Positions 57,973 through 64,000 of a stretch of 64,000 nucleotides of DNA are shown here, piece after piece. Made by a program: the position numbers and the translations under genes. The notes beneath the pieces were generated by a model, which did not search any database, was not told the origin of the DNA, and was given only the letters and a program-made list of their open reading frames with translations. Each line of letters begins with the position of its first letter. Position 1 is the first letter of the stretch. The DNA is taken from positions 1,504,312-1,568,311 of the forward strand of contig OZ241989.1 of assembly GCA_965204495.1 (NCBI GenBank), read 5' to 3'. Origin of the DNA: Candidatus Hopanoidivoransaceae bacterium. Its GTDB lineage: Bacteria > Actinomycetota > Acidimicrobiia > Acidimicrobiales > Hopanoidiivorantaceae.

Positions 57973-58752
57973 GTGTCAAACCTTCCCAGCAGAGCGGCGA
58001 ATGCCAGAAAAGCAGCCAGCGACTTCACCGACAAGGTAACAGGCTCGCAGGCGTGGAACTCCATCTTCCGCCCCGGCTCCATCTTCCGCCGAGGCTACAC
58101 CGACAGCCCTCGCAACCGCTCGTATGTGATCATGAACAGCGTCCTCTATCACCTCCACCCCGTGAAGGTGAAACGCCACGCCGTGCGAGTGAGCTACACC
58201 CTCTGCCTCGGCGGGCTCAGCTTCTTCCTGTTCATCCTGCTGACCGTCACGGGCATCTTCCTGATGTTCTTCTACCGCCCGGATGCTGTGTCTGCTTGGG
58301 ACGACATCGCCACTCTGGAAAGCTCCGTCACCTTCGGTCTGCTGGTGCGCAACATGCACCGCTGGGCCGCCCATCTGATGGTGCTGACCGTATTTCTTCA
58401 CATGGCAAGAGTCTTCTATCACGGCGCCTACAAACCGCCCAGAGAGTTCAACTGGGTCATCGGCGTAGTGCTGCTCACCCTCACTCTGCTGCTGTCTTTC
58501 ACCGGCTACCTCTTGCCTTGGGATCAACTCGCGCTCTGGGCGGTGACGGTCGGCACGAACATGATGGGCTACACCCCCGTCTTCGGCGACCAAGTGCGCT
58601 TCGTGCTGTTAGGCGGCGTGGAAATCGGACGGGAAACCCTGATCCGCTGGTATGTGCTGCATGTGCTGCTGCTGCCGTTCGTGATCGTGATATTCATGGC
58701 GATCCACTTCTGGCGAGTCCGCAAAGACGGCGGCATTTCGGGCCCGATGTAG
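57973..58752 (+). CDS. cytochrome b, N-terminal (b6-like) subunit
   Basis: 259 aa with four-helix b-type His pairs (RNMHRWAAHLMV...FLHMARVF, LPW). GTG start. Confidence 0.8.
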   Translation: MSNLPSRAANARKAASDFTDKVTGSQAWNSIFRPGSIFRRGYTDSPRNRSYVIMNSVLYHLHPVKVKRHAVRVSYTLCLGGLSFFLFILLTVTGIFLMFFYRPDAVSAWDDIATLESSVTFGLLVRNMHRWAAHLMVLTVFLHMARVFYHGAYKPPREFNWVIGVVLLTLTLLLSFTGYLLPWDQLALWAVTVGTNMMGYTPVFGDQVRFVLLGGVEIGRETLIRWYVLHVLLLPFVIVIFMAIHFWRVRKDGGISGPM

Positions 58753-58877
58753 GGACGACCAGGCGAGACGGACTGACGGGCAGACGAACGCAGAGACAGG
58801 TAGAAGAACGCAAGCAGGCGAAGACAAAAGCAGACGAAGATAAAGGCAGACAGCAGAAGCGACCGACATACAAGACG

Positions 58878-59696
58878 ATGGCAGACATACCAGAACATCT
58901 TTTAGAGCGAGCTAAGCAGGCTCGTGAGCGGCTGACCGGCGATGCCGGCGGGGGAGCAGCAAGCGATGCTGGTGCTTCTGCCGATGCTGGAGCAGCAGCC
59001 GCGGAGCCAGAACTAGTCGGTGCCGCCGCACCCGCTGGCGGAGGCAGTGCAGCTGGAGCCAGCGCAACTGCCGGCTCAGCAGCAGACGCCGGCGACAAAA
59101 TCCCGTCCCATCTGCTAGACCGCACCATCCCCGCAGCCGACCGCCCCCCAGCAGAGGTAGCAGTCCCAGCCGCGCCAGCCATGGCCCCAGCAGGCCCGGG
59201 CGGCAACACCCAGAGACTGCTTACCGTCGTCAAGTCGGGCTCCATCCAAGATGTCAAAACCTTGCCGTCCGACAAAGTGCATGTCTGGCCGCACCTGCTG
59301 ATAGTGGAATTCGTGGCAGCTTTGGCCGTCACGGGCTTTCTGCTCATCTTTTCCATCTTCGTGAACGCTCCGCTGTTGGAGCTGGCCAACTTCAACGAAA
59401 CCACCAACCCGTCCAAAGCTCCTTGGTATTTCCTCGGCTTGCAGGAGCTGCTCACGATGTTTCATCCGATGGTCGCAGGCGTGACGATCCCCGGCATGGG
59501 CATATTCCTGCTGATACTCGCCCCCTATGTCGACCGCAACCCCCACACCGCCCCGGAAAAACGCAAGTTCGCCATAGCCCTGATGACGATACACCTGCTC
59601 TTCTGGGCCACGCTGGTGATGATCGGCTCGTTCTTCCGAGGCCCGGGCTTCAACTTCGTCTTCCCTTGGGAAGCCGGATTGTTCTTTGACTTCTAG
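58878..59696 (+). CDS. cytochrome b C-terminal / subunit-IV-like protein with long Ala-rich N-terminal extension
   Basis: The C-terminus has PSKAPWYFLGLQELL (PEWY-type motif) and three TM helices. Only the part of the 547-aa track ORF from ATG 58878 is taken. Confidence 0.75.
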   Translation: MADIPEHLLERAKQARERLTGDAGGGAASDAGASADAGAAAAEPELVGAAAPAGGGSAAGASATAGSAADAGDKIPSHLLDRTIPAADRPPAEVAVPAAPAMAPAGPGGNTQRLLTVVKSGSIQDVKTLPSDKVHVWPHLLIVEFVAALAVTGFLLIFSIFVNAPLLELANFNETTNPSKAPWYFLGLQELLTMFHPMVAGVTIPGMGIFLLILAPYVDRNPHTAPEKRKFAIALMTIHLLFWATLVMIGSFFRGPGFNFVFPWEAGLFFDF

Positions 59697-59705
59697 GCGA
59701 TAGCA

Positions 59706-60599
59706 GTGCTGATAGCAATCGTCATAATCGTTTTGGTGCTGCTGGGGGCAGCGATGCTTTTTGCCGCCATGCGCCGCCGAGATTCTCGCTTGGCCACAGG
59801 AAAGCTCTCGCGCGAAACCCGCAGGCGGGACCAAGCCAAAGCTGAAGCCGCCGAAGCCGGGGCTGCCGACGGCTCTCCCGCCGATGCCCTCGCCACTGCG
59901 CCCGCCGATGCCGCCAGCACGGAGCAAAAAGCCGTCATCACATGGCGAGGCGGCGACACCGCCGCAGAAGTCGTGGAAGCCGAAGTCGTCTCCGACTGGA
60001 CTCCGCCCGACCCTGAAGCCGTAGGCGTGACCCGCCGTCAATTCCTGAACCGCTCCATCATCGGCTTCATGGGGCTGAGCATCACAGGCTTCGGAGCAGC
60101 CATGATCGCACAGCTCTGGCCTGCTTTCGTCACAGGTTTCGGGGCGGTCATCAACGCAGGCCCGGTGGATGAAGTGAAAGATCAAATCCGCGAGAACAAC
60201 GGCTTTTTGAAGCTCTCCAGCGGGCGCATGTGGATCACGGAATATCCCGAATCGGCGATTGAGAAAGCCCGCGCGACCTACTCGCCCGGCGAGCTGGCAG
60301 GCATGGAGCAAGGGCTTATCGCGCTGTATTGGAAGTGCCCGCATCTGGGATGCACCGTGCCCGAGTGCGTGTCTTCGCAGTGGTTCGAGTGCCCTTGCCA
60401 CGGCTCGCAATACAACAGGGTGGGCGAGAAGCGAGGCGGCCCCGCTCCGAGAGGCATGGACAGGTTCAGCATGTCGGTCAACCCCAACGGCGAGCTGCTG
60501 GTAGACACCGGCAGCATCATCCAAGGCCCTCCCATCGGCACCAACACCACCGGCCAAGAAGCCGAAGGCCCCAACTGCATCGGCCAAGCGTCCGAGTGA
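59706..60599 (+). CDS. Rieske 2Fe-2S subunit
   Basis: CPHLGC...CPCHGS motifs, with an N-terminal TM helix and linker. Confidence 0.9.
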   Translation: MLIAIVIIVLVLLGAAMLFAAMRRRDSRLATGKLSRETRRRDQAKAEAAEAGAADGSPADALATAPADAASTEQKAVITWRGGDTAAEVVEAEVVSDWTPPDPEAVGVTRRQFLNRSIIGFMGLSITGFGAAMIAQLWPAFVTGFGAVINAGPVDEVKDQIRENNGFLKLSSGRMWITEYPESAIEKARATYSPGELAGMEQGLIALYWKCPHLGCTVPECVSSQWFECPCHGSQYNRVGEKRGGPAPRGMDRFSMSVNPNGELLVDTGSIIQGPPIGTNTTGQEAEGPNCIGQASE

Positions 60600-60642
60600 G
60601 CGTGTCTGAACCTGAGATCGTGCCCGACCTGAGCCAGCGCGT

Positions 60643-61929
60643 ATGACTTCCGCATCCGTAATCCTGGCGGCATCCACGCAGCGCACCATCGGCTTGGTGC
60701 TGGCCGCCATCGCCATCTCGGGCTTCATCCTCTACTGGGTCTTCAACTGGTTTCAGGGGCGGGCCGAGACCGGCTCGGAGGTGGAGCTGGCAGTCAATCG
60801 CAAGCCTTACCACTCAGACGATGTGCTGGAAACCAAAAAGCTGGATTCCAGCCTGTTCGCCGGTCTTATTTGCTTGGTCGTGATAGGCGTTGCACTGCCG
60901 CTCTATTGGATGGGCGAACCCGGCCGACACGAAGGGCTGGTGGAAGAGAACGACGATGTCGCCGTCCATAGGGGCGAAGAGCTTTACGAAGAGCGATGCG
61001 CCACTTGTCATGGCACGGTCTCGGGGCCGGGCGGCTCAGTGCCCTACACTCTCACCGACGACAACGGCCTCTTCCTCGGCAACCTCAACTGGAAAGCCCC
61101 GTCTCTCGCGACCGTGCTCTATCGCTATTCGGTGGAAGAGGTGGAGTATGTCCTCAACTACGGCCGCCCCAACACGCCGATGCCCGCTTGGGGCGCGCCC
61201 GGCGGCGGCCCCTTCACCACCCAAGAGATAGACGAAGTGATCGCCTATCTGGCTCACGAGCAGGTTGGGACAGTTGAAGAGATGCGCCAGCGGGTAGACG
61301 ACGGACTGGCCGCCACCGTGCGCCAGCAGCTCACAACCGATGACCCCGGCGCCAGCCCAGCCTCGGAGCAATTGATGACCATCAGCCGGCAGCTCACAGC
61401 CGACAATCCCGGCTTCGCTGACGACCCCGATGCTTTGGACGCAGCCGTAGCCGCAGCTTTGGAGAGCATCAAAGCCGACCAGACGGCCTACGGCGAGCTG
61501 CTGTTCAACAACGAGGGCGACAACGGCGTGTACGGCTGCGCCCGCTGCCACACTCCCGGCTGGTCTTATGACGCGGACGAGGTGCGGAGCAGAGAAGGCA
61601 ACATGCTGATTTCGCCAGAGTTGCCCGGCGGGGGCGGTTTCGGCCCGAATCTAGGCGAGACTATACGGCAGTTCGACACCGCTTCCGACCATGAGACATT
61701 TGTGACGCTGGGCAGTCAAAACGGGGTGGCTTACGGGAACTTCGGGCAAGGCGACGGTGGCGGCCAGATGCCGGCTTTCGGCATATGCGTGGCCGACCGT
61801 GACGCAGGCGAGCGCGATTTCATCGCCCGCGACGGCTTCTGCGACCACCGAGGCGGCGAAGGCGTGCTGACCGAGGAGCAAGTGGCGGCGGTAGTCGCCT
61901 ACGAGCGCGAAGTCTTGTCGCGGAACTAG
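60643..61929 (+). CDS. membrane-anchored di-heme c-type cytochrome
   Basis: CATCHG and CARCHT motifs, with N-terminal TM helices. Confidence 0.8.
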   Translation: MTSASVILAASTQRTIGLVLAAIAISGFILYWVFNWFQGRAETGSEVELAVNRKPYHSDDVLETKKLDSSLFAGLICLVVIGVALPLYWMGEPGRHEGLVEENDDVAVHRGEELYEERCATCHGTVSGPGGSVPYTLTDDNGLFLGNLNWKAPSLATVLYRYSVEEVEYVLNYGRPNTPMPAWGAPGGGPFTTQEIDEVIAYLAHEQVGTVEEMRQRVDDGLAATVRQQLTTDDPGASPASEQLMTISRQLTADNPGFADDPDALDAAVAAALESIKADQTAYGELLFNNEGDNGVYGCARCHTPGWSYDADEVRSREGNMLISPELPGGGGFGPNLGETIRQFDTASDHETFVTLGSQNGVAYGNFGQGDGGGQMPAFGICVADRDAGERDFIARDGFCDHRGGEGVLTEEQVAAVVAYEREVLSRN

Positions 61930-61954
61930 CGATTGAGGAGCCAGAGGAGCAAAG

Positions 61955-63151
61955 ATGTTTTCAGTGATTTTGGCAGGGATCGGCTGGGAGCCGGAGATTC
62001 GCGGCGCATTGACGGTCGCTCTGGCTGCGGCTGCTCTGGTCGGCACTGTCTGGCTGCTGCTGGTGACCAACACGGGAGTGCGCCTCGGTTCGCTCGTGAC
62101 TTTGGCGGGCTTCTTCGGCTGGTTTACCATCATGGCTGGCACATGGTGGATTTTCGGCATCGGCTATCACGGCGACGCCCCGACTTGGCGGTTCATAGAC
62201 AGCTACGCCGATTCCGCAGGTGCCGAGGTGTCGGGCATTGAAGACGCCTACCTGGCCGAGGTAGACCAGCTTCCCGACCCCAACTGCTCCACTCGGCCCA
62301 TCTTCCCGCCCTCCAAGACAGGCTGGGAGTTCTCTGCCGCCCCCCCGGGCTGTGCGCCCAGAGCCATAGCGCTGTTGCTGGGCTACCCCGGCAGCGACAG
62401 GCAAGCTGTGATAGACGAGCTTGCCACCGTTGACGAAGCAGGCATCCGAGAAACCGCAGAGACCCGCAATGCCCTGCGCCAAGCGGGAGATCCCCGCAAG
62501 CTGAGCGCGAGCGAGCTGGAGCGGTCGATTCAAGCGCAGATCACTCGCCAAGAAATCGTGATAGACCAGCTGTCGCTTTCCACTCTGGCGGCCAGCGCGC
62601 CGTCTGTGATTGACTGGGCCAAAGACGAGGGCTATATCGTGCTGGAAGGCGGCTGGGACTTGCTGCCCAGCACAGAAGCGGGCGAAGCGACTGCTGCAGC
62701 CGAAGCTGTGGTGGTGGAAGCAGGCATGTTCACCAGCGACCCGGATGCCGCCACCCCCGCCTACGCTCTGGTAGACACCTACCACCGCGGCGGCAAACCC
62801 GACCGCAAGAGCGACAGCACTTGGGATCGGGTTGCCAACAAGATCACCAACTCTCTGCGCTTGACGCATCCTCCCAACTATGCGGTGGTGCAGATGCGAG
62901 CAGTGGTGCCCCGCCCTCAAATTCCCGGCGAGCCGCCTCCGTTGGCTGAGGTAGATTTGGGCAGCGATACGCTGTCTGTGGTGCTGGAGAGGGACATCGG
63001 CGACAGGAGGTTGGTTCCTGGCTTGCTGACGATAGGGTCAGGTCTGCTCTTCGTTTCGCTGTGTCTGAACCTGCATATGCGGGATCTGCGAGTGAGGCGG
63101 CGAGACGAGCTAGGAGCGGCAGAGGAAAGCCGGCGGCTAGAAGTGGAGTAA
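61955..63151 (+). CDS. hypothetical membrane protein (398 aa)
   Basis: Two N-terminal TM helices and one C-terminal TM helix flank a large soluble domain. No family recognised. Confidence 0.55.
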   Translation: MFSVILAGIGWEPEIRGALTVALAAAALVGTVWLLLVTNTGVRLGSLVTLAGFFGWFTIMAGTWWIFGIGYHGDAPTWRFIDSYADSAGAEVSGIEDAYLAEVDQLPDPNCSTRPIFPPSKTGWEFSAAPPGCAPRAIALLLGYPGSDRQAVIDELATVDEAGIRETAETRNALRQAGDPRKLSASELERSIQAQITRQEIVIDQLSLSTLAASAPSVIDWAKDEGYIVLEGGWDLLPSTEAGEATAAAEAVVVEAGMFTSDPDAATPAYALVDTYHRGGKPDRKSDSTWDRVANKITNSLRLTHPPNYAVVQMRAVVPRPQIPGEPPPLAEVDLGSDTLSVVLERDIGDRRLVPGLLTIGSGLLFVSLCLNLHMRDLRVRRRDELGAAEESRRLEVE

Positions 63152-63161
63152 ATTAGACACA

Positions 63162-63638
63162 ATGCTGGGTCAGTATCTTCCTATCATCGCTCTAGCAGTG
63201 CTGGCTGTGATCTTTGCCGCCTTGAGCATATTGGCATCCCGTCTGTTGGCACCTCGGCGGCGGACTGTGGTGAAGGAATCGCCTTATGAATGCGGCGTGG
63301 ATTTGGTGGATACTAGTTCGCAGCGTCATACGGTTCGGTTCTTTCTGGTGGCGATGCTGTTTATCGTGTTTGATGTGGAGATCATCTTCTTGTATCCGTG
63401 GGCGGTTTCCAACGGGGAGCTGGGGCTGTTCGGGTTGGTGGCTGTGCTGATTTTCTCGTTTGCTGTTTTTGAGTCGTTTTTGTATCTCATCAGCAACGGC
63501 GCGCTCAACTGGGGGCCGTCACGAAAGATGTCAGCCGACAGAGGAACCCACCAGCCTGGTGCGCCAGGTGCTGTAAGCTCGCAGCGAACCGCAGCTACCA
63601 CCGTGAGGCGGGTCGGTTCGGCAGTGCAAGCTAGGTAG
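63162..63638 (+). CDS. nuoA: NADH-quinone oxidoreductase subunit A
   Basis: ESPYECGVD, FDVEIIFLYPWAV. Has a C-terminal extension. Confidence 0.9.
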   Translation: MLGQYLPIIALAVLAVIFAALSILASRLLAPRRRTVVKESPYECGVDLVDTSSQRHTVRFFLVAMLFIVFDVEIIFLYPWAVSNGELGLFGLVAVLIFSFAVFESFLYLISNGALNWGPSRKMSADRGTHQPGAPGAVSSQRTAATTVRRVGSAVQAR

Positions 63639-63686
63639 AGACGGCAAGACAGAGATCAAGAGAAGCCGCGAACAGAAGACCGAAAA

Positions 63687-64000
63687 ATGCCACAATCAGA
63701 TTTCAATCAAGACAGCGGAGCCGTCCCCGAACTGCTGCCGCCTCTTGCTGACGACCGTCTGCTTTCCGAAGGCTTGGAGGGTCTGCAGCACAACTTCATC
63801 ACTGGGCGGGTGGAGGATGTGGTGAAGTGGTCGCGTGCTCGCAGCTGCTGGCCCGCAACTTTCGGATTGGCTTGTTGCGCTTTGGAGATGATGGCTACGG
63901 GCGGTGCTCACTTTGACTTGGCCCGCTATGGGATGGAGGTGTTCCGGGCTTCGCCTCGTCAAGCCGACTTGATGATTGTGGCGGGGCGGCTCTCGCAGAA
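63687..64000 (+). CDS. nuoB: NADH-quinone oxidoreductase subunit B (3' end outside window)
   Basis: [30 protein letters not shown]. The frame is open to the window edge. Confidence 0.9.
   Translation, partial: MPQSDFNQDSGAVPELLPPLADDRLLSEGLEGLQHNFITGRVEDVVKWSRARSCWPATFGLACCALEMMATGGAHFDLARYGMEVFRASPRQADLMIVAGRLSQ

Noticed and set aside
58053-58877. 5' two-thirds of the 547-aa plus-strand track ORF 58053-59696
   Set aside because: This part overlaps the cytochrome b6-like gene in another frame and translates to Pro/Arg/His-rich junk. Only the part from ATG 58878 (MADIPEHLLER... to the PEWY-type C-terminus) is credible.
59115-60728. 537-aa minus-strand ORF. Similar long antisense ORFs lie at 56736-57680, 61961-62920, 10078-10917, 10815-11897 and 9036-9977
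   Set aside because: They are high-G+C shadow ORFs opposite well-supported genes (subunit IV/Rieske, membrane protein/ferredoxin, sdhC/sdhA, amidohydrolase). Their sequences are Arg/Gly/His-rich and motif-free.

Overview
This is a roughly 60% G+C bacterial chromosome segment. Gene content and leaderless-type promoters suggest an actinobacterium, possibly Acidimicrobiia-like; that assignment is inference only. I found no rRNA, tRNA, CRISPR array, transposase or integrase.

The backbone is housekeeping:
- Lipid/CoA metabolism: an HMGCS-like/DUF35 fusion plus thiolase, an acyl-CoA dehydrogenase, an enoyl-CoA hydratase and several SDRs.
- Central metabolism: serA, sdhCAB, mdh, icd, pepA and folD.
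- A P-type ATPase.
- Tetrapyrrole genes: a cobA-hemD fusion, hemB and hemL.
- An imelysin / di-heme / imelysin / HTTM array.
- A respiratory block with a split cytochrome b (b6 plus subunit IV), Rieske protein, ferredoxin and c-type cytochromes, followed by nuoA and nuoB.

Findings worth a second look:
1. A hidden Bcp peroxiredoxin gene has an in-frame TGA exactly at the peroxidatic Cys codon, followed by a SECIS-like hairpin. It is a probable selenoprotein.
2. An AT-rich island of about 8.8 kb lies between hemB and hemL. Its core is bounded by inverted, paralogous near-consensus promoters that place an ATG 6-7 nt after the -10 box. They drive two convergent operons of unknown function, and a DUF433/DUF5615 pair lies at the island's right end.
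3. A 2.9 kb Ig-like-repeat surface-protein gene is inserted between about 66 bp direct duplications of the serA/amidohydrolase bidirectional start region.
4. An 826 bp cassette flanked by 38 bp direct repeats carries an ORF split by an in-frame TAA.
5. A dispersed MITE/REP-like intergenic repeat family occurs at 6-7 or more loci.
6. Short tandem duplications are pervasive and create low-complexity inserts in conserved proteins.
7. The intercistronic leaders in the respiratory operon are strongly T-depleted.
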